Shown piece after piece: positions 9,939 to 18,035 of a stretch of 64,000 bases of DNA (its first letter is position 1; every line of letters begins with the position of its first letter). The DNA comes from Candidatus Heimdallarchaeota archaeon (GTDB lineage: Archaea > Asgardarchaeota > Heimdallarchaeia > Hodarchaeales > Hodarchaeaceae). The notes under the pieces were generated by a model. It was not told the origin of the DNA, did no database searches, and saw only the letters and a program-made list of their open reading frames with translations. The position numbers were made by a program, and so were the translations under genes. Location: positions 1,367,637-1,431,636 of the forward strand of contig CP070695.1 of assembly GCA_020353515.1 (NCBI GenBank), in the 5' to 3' direction.

Positions 9939-10263
9939 GGTTATTATAGAATAATAGCCTACCTCGTTAGGGTGAGGTATAGTAGAGCCAAAAAAATAAT
10001 CTATCTCCTTCAGTTAAGAAGTAATCTTAGGAATAGTGAAGATTAAGCGCGGGGTAAACCAACTAATCGTAAAGAAGATTCTACTCTCTATAACAACATC
10101 AGTGCCAAGGATTTCACAGTCAGAAAACCTTGAATAGCCAAGTTACATGTCAGAAAACGCCCTAACATAAAGCTTTAAAAAGATTGAAAACGTGACTAAT
10201 GCAAATACAAGTGGAATATCTGATTCAGAGTGCCTGTTATGGTTGAGCTGAAAGCTCCTTTTT
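9939..10263 (+). ncRNA. Candidate ~320-nt structured non-coding RNA (unassigned)
   Basis: No ORF of 60 aa or more; at least seven complementary helices including a 9-bp loop-to-distal pairing; ends in hairpin GAGC-TGAAA-GCTC plus a T run. Confidence 0.4.
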
Positions 10264-10300
10264 GAAATCAGCAATATATCAAAATATGGTGATTTAATTC

Positions 10301-11287
10301 ATGAAAGAAAACTTTATTAAAGCTAGTAACGCCCTTACACGATTAAATACTAGCGTATCAACCAATGCTCGAAGTGCTGCTGATATTACGATTAAAATTT
10401 ATACAAGATTCGAAGAAATCCGATATGTAAGTGAAACCATACCTGATTTTATTCTTCATCCTGACCAATCAATGTCCAATCTCAAATCGAGCGGTGAAAT
10501 TAGGGTTGCACAGCTACTTGCATCCATTCTCTGTGAACGAATAGCAGAGCAATCAATACGATTAGCAGAGGATCTTGATTTTGGTGAAGAGGGCCTAGAC
10601 ATTCGTGAAGAGATTCGTGAAATTAGAGAACAAATAACCAGATTGAATGAAGTTATCCAAGTTCAGAAGAAATTAGCTGATGGAGCTCCTGTTTCAACAG
10701 AAAACATTAAGAACTTGCAGAAAAAGTACGACGTACGAATTAAACAACTAGAACAAGAATTACTTAGAAAAGAAGGTCGTGCGTTGACTGTAACAGCTTT
10801 AGATGCTACAAAGAAACCCAAACTATTTGGAAAGGGAAAATTTGAGCAAACACTTGATGATTTAATTCTTGAATATGGAAAAAATCTTCGTGCAAGTTCT
10901 GGTGGTTATATTTCACTCGCAAACCTCTATACAGCATTAAAAAATCAAGTTCCTGATGTAAAATTTTCTACAAAAGACCTCGAAAAATCCTGTAAACGGT
11001 TAAAAAAACAGGCACTTATAGAAGGAGTCTCGAAAAGAGCAGGAGTAAAAATCATAGAATTTGTCCCTGTTGCTCTAGGGAGTGACGCGAGAAAAGTTTT
11101 CGATTTAGCAGTTAATAAGGGATATGTAACCTTGGAGGATGTTATATTGGGAACAAAATGGGATCAACAGCGTGTTGTTAGAGTTCTTGAGAGTCTAGTT
11201 GAGCAAAAAATAGCACGAAAAGTCTCGTCTCTTGATACAGGGGATCAATATTATTTTCCTGGATTATATGGAGATAATGATTGGTAG
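10301..11287 (+). CDS. ESCRT-II Vps22/Vps36-like (EAP30-domain) protein with N-terminal coiled coil
   Basis: Tandem winged helices GGYISLANLY..STKDLEKSCKRL..VPVALGSDARKVFDLA..KGYVT....GTKWDQQRVVRVLESLV..YYFPGL parallel the Snf8/Vps22 C-terminus; GGTGA SD-like site before ATG. Confidence 0.8.
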   Translation: MKENFIKASNALTRLNTSVSTNARSAADITIKIYTRFEEIRYVSETIPDFILHPDQSMSNLKSSGEIRVAQLLASILCERIAEQSIRLAEDLDFGEEGLDIREEIREIREQITRLNEVIQVQKKLADGAPVSTENIKNLQKKYDVRIKQLEQELLRKEGRALTVTALDATKKPKLFGKGKFEQTLDDLILEYGKNLRASSGGYISLANLYTALKNQVPDVKFSTKDLEKSCKRLKKQALIEGVSKRAGVKIIEFVPVALGSDARKVFDLAVNKGYVTLEDVILGTKWDQQRVVRVLESLVEQKIARKVSSLDTGDQYYFPGLYGDNDW

Positions 11288-11297
11288 GTGAAAACTG

Positions 11298-12188
11298 ATG
11301 GCAGAAGTAGAGAAGTATGGTGGACTATTCCGCAGAATAGGCGATGCAGTGCATATTGGCACAAAAAAATTTAAAGGAAAAGCAATCTTGAGTTCAGATT
11401 TTGGATCAGAAATAGAAAGTTCTTTGATAAGTCGAATAAAATCAGAAGATTATGACAGTTTTAGGAAACATGATGGATTTATTGTGAAAGATCCGGAGAA
11501 CGCAATATTATTACAGTCAGGATCACTAGTGGGGGTTGCAGGAAGTGGCATCTATCAACTCGAGAAGAGTGCTAAACGACCTGGAAGCGAAATTATCTGG
11601 GTAACAAAGCGTGAGTTCATCGTCAAATGGGGATCACCTGGGGTATATACTTCTGATAATATTATAATAGGCTGTTATGGAATATCTCGTATGAGAGTTG
11701 TTAATCCCCGTAATTTTATTATGAATGTAGTTTCACATAAACAGTATTATTCAGGGAACGAACTAAAAAATTGGGTTAAACAAACAATTATTGCTGCAGT
11801 AAAACATGTTATGTCTCGCTATACCGTACCCGAATTACTTAAGGAACGTCGAAGCTTAGAAATCCAAACCAGATCAGAACTTGGACCTGAAACCTCTCGA
11901 TGGGGGCTAGAACTAGTTGGATTGGACATTGGGGGTTTTAAAGTTCCTGATGAATATCAGGCTCTATTATCTTATGAAATCGAAAAGCAAGTTCTGGAAC
12001 AACAACAGGAGTTAGCAGAGCAAAGAAAAGAGCTTGATGTTGTTGCGGAGAAAGTGAAGAAATACGAACAAATGCTTGAACAAGCAGATGAAATGTTTCT
12101 AAATGGGAAAATATCAGAGGAAAAGTATAAAGAACTAACAGATAAATACTCCAAGAAATTAGCTCAAATCAAAGCTCAAATGCAATAA
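11298..12188 (+). CDS. SPFH/band-7 domain protein with C-terminal coiled coil and SHOCT-like tail
   Basis: ENAILLQSG, KWGSP, YG...MRVVNP..F and WGLELVGLDI fit the YdjI-type SPFH pattern; tail GKISEEKYKEL. Confidence 0.7.
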   Translation: MAEVEKYGGLFRRIGDAVHIGTKKFKGKAILSSDFGSEIESSLISRIKSEDYDSFRKHDGFIVKDPENAILLQSGSLVGVAGSGIYQLEKSAKRPGSEIIWVTKREFIVKWGSPGVYTSDNIIIGCYGISRMRVVNPRNFIMNVVSHKQYYSGNELKNWVKQTIIAAVKHVMSRYTVPELLKERRSLEIQTRSELGPETSRWGLELVGLDIGGFKVPDEYQALLSYEIEKQVLEQQQELAEQRKELDVVAEKVKKYEQMLEQADEMFLNGKISEEKYKELTDKYSKKLAQIKAQMQ

Positions 12189-12212
12189 TTTCAGAAACGA
12201 GTTAAATCTTTT

Positions 12213-13970
12213 TTATTGATGTTCTTCCAGATCTCCACCACATTCGGGGCAGAATACCATACCTACAGAGATCATTTCTTTGAAACAGTCTACACAGACG
12301 TTTACATCACATGATGGACACAAATATTTTGTTGTTTCTTCATGTGTGACTTCGCAGACACCACAGAGAAATTCTTCTTTCTGTTTAGCTATATGTAAAG
12401 TCATTTTTTGAATATTAATCCAGCCCTGAATCTTTCCATGAAGGATATGATTCTCCAATAAGGCTACAGTCTCTCTATCAGACCGATTTAATTTTTGAAT
12501 GATTTCTTGTAAGGGAATTTCTGCTTTAGGGGTCTGTTCAAGGTATTCAAGGAGAGTAGAGTCCAAATCAGGTTTTTTTGAATTGAAAATCTCGTATTCA
12601 GTCCATCCTAGTTTCAATGGACCTTTTTTACAGAAATGACACTCTTCTGTATCAAGTAAATTAAACGAATGAGTATAATTAACCATACAGTCAGGACAAT
12701 GCCTCGGGAGGTCAATAATAAAGGCAGAAATGTTTCCACAAAAAGGACATACATGTGTACTTCCTGTAGAACGGCAATTTGAGCACATAATTCGTCTACA
12801 GTTTTGACATTCGAAATAAAGATTAGGATCTGTATAAGAAGAAGTATCTACCTGACAAAAAATGTCAAAATGTTTCATTCCTTTAACTAAAAAAGGATCA
12901 GCAGTTTCTCCAGCTGTAAGTCGAAGTCCAAAAAGTCTTCCCAACTTGTGAAGACGATTTAAGAGCTTCAATGGGTCTAGATTCAGTGATGAAGCGAGGT
13001 TCTCAACCGCAATTCCTGTTTCAAACCAGTCTTTTAATGAGGGAGCTTGGAACTCCACTTCATTCAAAGTTCCCTTTAAGCTTCGATTTAAAAGCTGTAG
13101 TATATTTAAAAACTCAATCCTGTCTACATCAAGTCGATGAAGCCAGAATTCAATAGGAATATCTCGAAAGACGAATATATCTTTCAATACTTGGCTTATT
13201 ATGTCCATAGTGGGATATAAGTACTCATAATTGGCAGAAAAAATAATTTTCAGGTCTTCACGATTATTTTCTAGTAACTGAAGACAATTTTCTTTTGTTA
13301 GTCGTGTTAATTTGCTAATGTGCTTAAGTGAAACTTCTGATTCCAACAGAAAACTTGTATCTATATAGCGATTAAGTCTTTTGATATTTCTTTGTAAACC
13401 TGATGAAGAAGAGAAGTCTAAACTTGTAAAGTTGTGCAATCGCTGAGTTATGGGATCTATGTATCCAACAAAATGACCATCTTGGGCTAGAACCTCTAAG
13501 ATACCTTCAAAGTGATCCTCGGTCCAATACAATTTGTTTAAGAGAAATTTTAAGTTTAATGAGGTGACTGTACTTAGAATCTGTTTTAATTCAGCTTTGG
13601 CTCCTTGGAGTGTGTAGAATTTACGATGAATCTGATCAAAAAAACCATCAGTATTTTGAACATTGACTTTGATCAGGGTTTCTAGTAACTCACCAGGTAA
13701 GTTTGTTCTATCAATGACATCACAGATGTCTACATAACCCTTTGCTAATTTACGAGTAATATATTGCTGAATAAATATTAGAGGAATGAATTCCTTGTCA
13801 TCAAAACTAACAAAGCCATTTAATTCCTTTGAACCGATTTTTTTTCGCAGGAATGAAGCAACTTCACTTGGATTTTCTTTTGGAGCCATTTCACGCAATT
13901 TAATAGGAGTTTGTGCCATTTGAGCTTCTGTTAACCATTTTTGTCTCTTTCTCCCAAACATTAGTCTCAC
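12213..13970 (-). CDS. Winged-helix/PCI-like repeat protein with RING-like zinc fingers (candidate E3 ligase)
   Basis: Repeated WH-like units (e.g. KGYVDICDVIDRTNLP, AEIPLQEIIQKLNRS..IQGWIN); Cys clusters CQVD..CQNC..CSNC..CPFC, CPDC..CHFC and C-terminal CGVC..CPSC..CVDC..CPEC. Confidence 0.6.
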   Translation of the reverse strand: MRLMFGRKRQKWLTEAQMAQTPIKLREMAPKENPSEVASFLRKKIGSKELNGFVSFDDKEFIPLIFIQQYITRKLAKGYVDICDVIDRTNLPGELLETLIKVNVQNTDGFFDQIHRKFYTLQGAKAELKQILSTVTSLNLKFLLNKLYWTEDHFEGILEVLAQDGHFVGYIDPITQRLHNFTSLDFSSSSGLQRNIKRLNRYIDTSFLLESEVSLKHISKLTRLTKENCLQLLENNREDLKIIFSANYEYLYPTMDIISQVLKDIFVFRDIPIEFWLHRLDVDRIEFLNILQLLNRSLKGTLNEVEFQAPSLKDWFETGIAVENLASSLNLDPLKLLNRLHKLGRLFGLRLTAGETADPFLVKGMKHFDIFCQVDTSSYTDPNLYFECQNCRRIMCSNCRSTGSTHVCPFCGNISAFIIDLPRHCPDCMVNYTHSFNLLDTEECHFCKKGPLKLGWTEYEIFNSKKPDLDSTLLEYLEQTPKAEIPLQEIIQKLNRSDRETVALLENHILHGKIQGWINIQKMTLHIAKQKEEFLCGVCEVTHEETTKYLCPSCDVNVCVDCFKEMISVGMVFCPECGGDLEEHQ

Positions 13971-14105
13971 TCAAATCTCTTGCTGGAAGAATACAATAGC
14001 AAGGAATATTAGTCCTCTTATTGAAAATTAGAAATATATTTTTATAAAATCTTTACTCTCTTACAGGATAGAAAAAAAGTGAGAATAACTTAAGGAATCA
14101 TTACA

Positions 14106-14420
14106 TTGGCTCTGAATAAGATTAAGTGTTCAAACTGCGGATATATTCCACGAGATCTCCCCGTTTCTGGGAGTTGGTATTGCCCTAAGTGTGGAAAACG
14201 CACGGTTATTCCCCAACACCGTCCACGACCTACTCGGAAATATTACAAAAAACCTACAACCACTCCCAAATCACGAGACCGAATAAGCACAAGCCTTTAT
14301 GATAAATTGACTTATGATAAACCCACAGATCATGGTTTCAAAGAACCTTATATTAACCCGAAAATCAATCCAATAATCCCGAAAAGGAGAGACAAAATCC
14401 GACTGTTCTTCAAAAAGTAA
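14106..14420 (+). CDS. Small Zn-ribbon protein with basic tail
   Basis: CSNC..CPKC followed by a Lys/Arg/Pro-rich region. Confidence 0.55.
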   Translation: MALNKIKCSNCGYIPRDLPVSGSWYCPKCGKRTVIPQHRPRPTRKYYKKPTTTPKSRDRISTSLYDKLTYDKPTDHGFKEPYINPKINPIIPKRRDKIRLFFKK

Positions 14421-14434
14421 TTTGTTTTCTTCTT

Positions 14435-15661
14435 TCAATCTCGAAATTTTATTTCTAGCCTGATTTCCTCATCATCAGCTATAGAACTTAGAGTGATCCT
14501 ATCACCATCAGAAATGATCTTTTGGACAGATTCATCTTCAGGTAGAAGGAAATTTCCTCGGAACCCAATATATTCTTTTTTATATTCTTGGCGAATGATA
14601 TCAATAACAGATTTAAAAAGTAACTCACGATCTACAGTTATAGTTCGTTCAACGTGCTTTACGGTATTGGATTGACCACATACCAAGCAATTTGGATCAG
14701 GAACCAGATCAAACGTATTTAAAGTTCCTGTTAAAGCTGAATAAACTGTAAAATGCGGGATACGAAATCTATGAGCTTCAATTAAATTATTCAGTGTGAC
14801 TGTTTCTTTGAGGAATTCTTTTTTCTCTAAAAAGAGAGCTTTCACGATTTCTTGTGATTGTATACCACTTGTCACCGCATTGACAGTGATTAAACTAGGT
14901 ACATGAAAAAGAATCAATTGTAAAAGCTCTTTCTTTTTAAAATCTCCAAAATTATGTTTTTTGGCACAAGTATTGGCTAATTTTGTGAGCTCAACAATAT
15001 CTTCAGGTGAGGTTTCGACAGGCTCCCTTTCATACTTTGCGTTAAATTCATAAAGAGCTTTCCAAGCACAGTGTTCTCTCACACGAGGAACTCCTACTAA
15101 AGTACAAGGAGCTGTTAAAACTCGAGTCTCATCTGGTGGTGGAGGTGTTTCGCATGCTAAACATGCTGTTTTGCTTGTTTTTATGTATTGGATTTGACCA
15201 AAATACCCATCAGTTGCTGAATCAATCAATGGAATCTTCAATTCTATTGCCATTGCGTTGAGATATTGTCGTGCCAGAAAGTTATCGACACAGCCAGCAA
15301 TTATGTCTACTTCTTGGAAAATTTTCTGGGGAATATTTTGTAATTTATCTGCGTATTCTTTAATCATGATGTCAGGATTAAATTGTTCTTTTATCCTTTT
15401 TTTGGCAATTTTTGCCTTTTTCTGACCAACATCTTCCTCCCTGAATAACATCTGCCGATTTAAATTTGAAAATTCAACAGTGTCATCATCGACTAGAATC
15501 AGACTACCAATACCTAAAAGAGCTAGATTTTTGGCTAGTTCACTGCCTGTTCCTCCCACGCCTGCAATTAAAATTGTACTTTTTTCAATGATATGTTGAT
15601 CCCAAAGAGCTAGTCGTTCCTGCCGATCATATTTAGAAGAAGAAGGAAGATCTCGTGTCAT
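14435..15661 (-). CDS. Ubiquitin-activating E1-like enzyme (ThiF/UBA family with catalytic-Cys domain)
   Basis: KYDRQ, GVGGTG, DDDTVEFSNLNRQ, CLAC..CLVC zinc pair and UBA3-like PCTLVGVPRVREHC. Confidence 0.9.
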   Translation of the reverse strand: MTRDLPSSSKYDRQERLALWDQHIIEKSTILIAGVGGTGSELAKNLALLGIGSLILVDDDTVEFSNLNRQMLFREEDVGQKKAKIAKKRIKEQFNPDIMIKEYADKLQNIPQKIFQEVDIIAGCVDNFLARQYLNAMAIELKIPLIDSATDGYFGQIQYIKTSKTACLACETPPPPDETRVLTAPCTLVGVPRVREHCAWKALYEFNAKYEREPVETSPEDIVELTKLANTCAKKHNFGDFKKKELLQLILFHVPSLITVNAVTSGIQSQEIVKALFLEKKEFLKETVTLNNLIEAHRFRIPHFTVYSALTGTLNTFDLVPDPNCLVCGQSNTVKHVERTITVDRELLFKSVIDIIRQEYKKEYIGFRGNFLLPEDESVQKIISDGDRITLSSIADDEEIRLEIKFRD

Positions 15662-15699
15662 AGCATGAAATTTTCCTTTGAAATTAATGGGGGAGGGTA

Positions 15700-16020
15700 T
15701 TATCCTCCTTTAATTTGATCTGGAACTATCATAAGAATTGCATTTTGTTCTATTCCATAGGAAGCGAGGTTATTTGAAGGATTCATTCTTCTTCCTTTGA
15801 ATAATAAAGCGATTGGGACAACCTCTGGGATATTAAAGGCATCACGAGCCGCTGTGATAGCCTGGAAAACAGTTCCATTAATATTAATATATTTCTCCCG
15901 AATATTCTGATCTGGAGGAAGCTGTGGATCTTTAAAACGAACCTTAATCATTTTCTCAATGCCATCGTCAGGACCTTTACCTGTAGAACTAGAATCCCAA
16001 ACAACATCCTTTTTACTCAT
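15700..16020 (-). CDS. Ubiquitin-like protein ending in di-glycine
   Basis: ALLFKGRRM...NLASYGIEQNAILMIV..IKGG-stop; directly upstream of E1. Confidence 0.88.
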   Translation of the reverse strand: MSKKDVVWDSSSTGKGPDDGIEKMIKVRFKDPQLPPDQNIREKYININGTVFQAITAARDAFNIPEVVPIALLFKGRRMNPSNNLASYGIEQNAILMIVPDQIKGG

Positions 16021-16040
16021 TTTTTCACCTTCTGTTTGAC

Positions 16041-16829
16041 TTAAGTATAAAACTTTCGTTCAATTTCTGAGAGTGTAGTAAGAATATCAATTCTTCCTTT
16101 AGCATAATCTTCTAAAGATCCTCGAATAAGCGGATATTTTGTAAGAATTTCATTTTCAAGACCTATGGGGAGATTCTTCTTTCTTTTAATAGTAAAGATT
16201 ATTACTTCGCCATCTTGGGCATAAAACCTTACAGTAATCTCTTTCTTCGACGCTGATGCGTCATAATTAGAAAGAATTTGACGTATGAGAGGATCACGTT
16301 CTTCTTGAGTAGCAGGAACCTCTGCTATGGAAACGGGCTCTCCCATAACTTGGGGCATTCTTTCAGCAGTTTTTTGATGAATCTCTTCTAAAACATCTAA
16401 AATTGTACTAGAACCAGGTGACCAGTTTCTCATATTATCTAAATCATTGATTTCACAATCTAAAACTTCTCGGAGCTTAGCAGGGCCATCAATATAGGGT
16501 CGGTCAGGTAAATCATCTAACACAATTAAAAGAGGGAATGCATATTCATTGACTTGCATCTTGATTCGTATTTTCCCTACTTCATCCCCAATAAATTCCC
16601 CTGGAAAGTTTTCAAGTAATTTTTGTGATTCTTGATAGATGAGATAGTAACTCTCCGCTTCTTCCGCTTCATCCAGTGCTTTAGCTTCTGTTGGTGTAAT
16701 AGCTGTTCGTTTTAAGTAATTTGAAAGATCACAGTATTCACACTTTACAGGATGTTGGAATGTTGGGCGTACTTGAAGTGGAGCTCCACAACCGCTACAT
16801 TGGGAAACATCGGTTTGGGTATCAGCCAT
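16041..16829 (-). CDS. Zn-ribbon plus UEV/RWD-like (BRE-like) domain protein
   Basis: CSGCGAP..CEYC at the N-terminus; FPLLIVLDDLPDRPYI..LDNMRNWSPGSSTILDVLEEI resembles a catalytically inactive UBC fold. Confidence 0.55.
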   Translation of the reverse strand: MADTQTDVSQCSGCGAPLQVRPTFQHPVKCEYCDLSNYLKRTAITPTEAKALDEAEEAESYYLIYQESQKLLENFPGEFIGDEVGKIRIKMQVNEYAFPLLIVLDDLPDRPYIDGPAKLREVLDCEINDLDNMRNWSPGSSTILDVLEEIHQKTAERMPQVMGEPVSIAEVPATQEERDPLIRQILSNYDASASKKEITVRFYAQDGEVIIFTIKRKKNLPIGLENEILTKYPLIRGSLEDYAKGRIDILTTLSEIERKFYT

Positions 16830-16907
16830 TTTTTTTCGATCACCCTTATTAGAAGAATATGTGTGCAGGATAAGTCAGTCTCTTGACCTTAAAAAGGTAA
16901 CGATTCG

Positions 16908-17216
16908 TCGCCCACAATATCCCTTAAGTGGGTTCTACTGGGCGAGAGGAGGGTTCCAGAAAATATTCGTAACAATCTGGACAATGTTACACCTTCTAAT
17001 CCATTTTCTTCCGTCGCTCTCGCTCTCATTGGTGATTAGGAGCCTCTCTGATTGATAGATGGTGGCCCCGTTGTCAACAAAAAGGCGCTTCCATTACTTA
17101 AAGCAAAGGATTTCGACAAGTGCAAAGAGTTGAGAGTTCATCAGACATTGCATAATACTTATTAAAATAGTTTGCATTGGATCCACAAGAACAACATCTG
17201 AGTGAGAGAGAGGAAT
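16908..17216. other. Structured intergenic element (hairpin, H-type pseudoknot, long-range helix) between the divergent ubiquitin operons
   Basis: TCGCCCA/TGGGCGA; interleaved TCCAGA/TCTGGA and GTAACA/TGTTAC; CTCTCGCTC/GAGTGAGAG; visibly more GC-rich than neighbouring intergenic DNA. Confidence 0.35.
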
Positions 17217-17467
17217 TCACTTCACTACAGTCTAGACAGATTTTAACAAATAGAGATTTCCAACCCACGTATGTAGATGTAGTAATTATATGAAAAAGGG
17301 GTAATGTTAAACTCCAAATCTATACCTAAAGTTATAATTCAAGTTAAGAATATTGGAAATGTAGATAACGAGGGAAATAAGTATTAATTGCTGTTTTCAA
17401 ATTTCGTATTTTTAAATGTAAATTATTATATTGATATGTATTTCATGAGTATAAAGGTGAGAAAACC

Positions 17468-18019
17468 TTGCAGGATCTTCACTCAAGACGATTACGAGAA
17501 GAATTTAAGAGAATGCTAAAGACATATCCTCCGAAAACAAGTCATATCAAGTGGGTTATTGTTAACAATGATCTACATCATTATAAAGCTACAATTAAGG
17601 GAAAAAAAGACACTCCTTATGACGGGGGTGAGTTCGAGATCACTATCGATCTCCCTCCTGAATATCCCTTTAAACCACCGATTTGCAACTTTATAACCCC
17701 TATCTATCACCCCAATATTGCAATTGGTAAAACACAATGGAAATGGGGCTCCAATGTCTGTTTAAGTCTTGTTAATTGGAATAATCTAGGAAAACCTGGT
17801 GGATGGAAGGAAACAATCACCTTACCTAGTGTATTTGAACATATTGAAATGATGCTGGATGTGTATCAGGCAACTGGAGATGTTGATTTTCCAGAATATC
17901 TTGTTGATCCCAATGATCCTTTTAATCCTGAAGCTGGAGAGGCTATGAGACAAAATTTTGATAATTTCTGGGACACAGCTGAAGAATGGACTAAAAAGCA
18001 CGCACTTCTTATCGAATAG
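17468..18019 (+). CDS. Ubiquitin-conjugating enzyme E2
   Basis: RRLREE, GKKDTPYDGGEF, PEYPFKPP..F.TPIYHPNI, catalytic VCLS and DPFNPEA. Confidence 0.93.
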   Translation: MQDLHSRRLREEFKRMLKTYPPKTSHIKWVIVNNDLHHYKATIKGKKDTPYDGGEFEITIDLPPEYPFKPPICNFITPIYHPNIAIGKTQWKWGSNVCLSLVNWNNLGKPGGWKETITLPSVFEHIEMMLDVYQATGDVDFPEYLVDPNDPFNPEAGEAMRQNFDNFWDTAEEWTKKHALLIE

Positions 18020-18035
18020 GCATTGTGAGTGCACT

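Noticed and set aside
9966-10166. TTAGGG and CCCTAAC resemble the telomere repeat and telomerase template
   Set aside because: Single short copies that simply form one complementary pair; no tandem repeats and no reverse transcriptase in the window
9939-10263. Assignment as SRP RNA, cobalamin riboswitch or canonical RNase P RNA
   Set aside because: No SRP helix-8 motif. AGTCAGAAAACCT resembles a B12 box but the other core motifs are missing. No GAGGAAAGUCC-type CR-I with matching CR-V. Left unassigned
16861-17055. 64-aa plus-strand ORF in the ubiquitin intergenic region
   Set aside because: No recognisable motif; it overlaps the putative structured element
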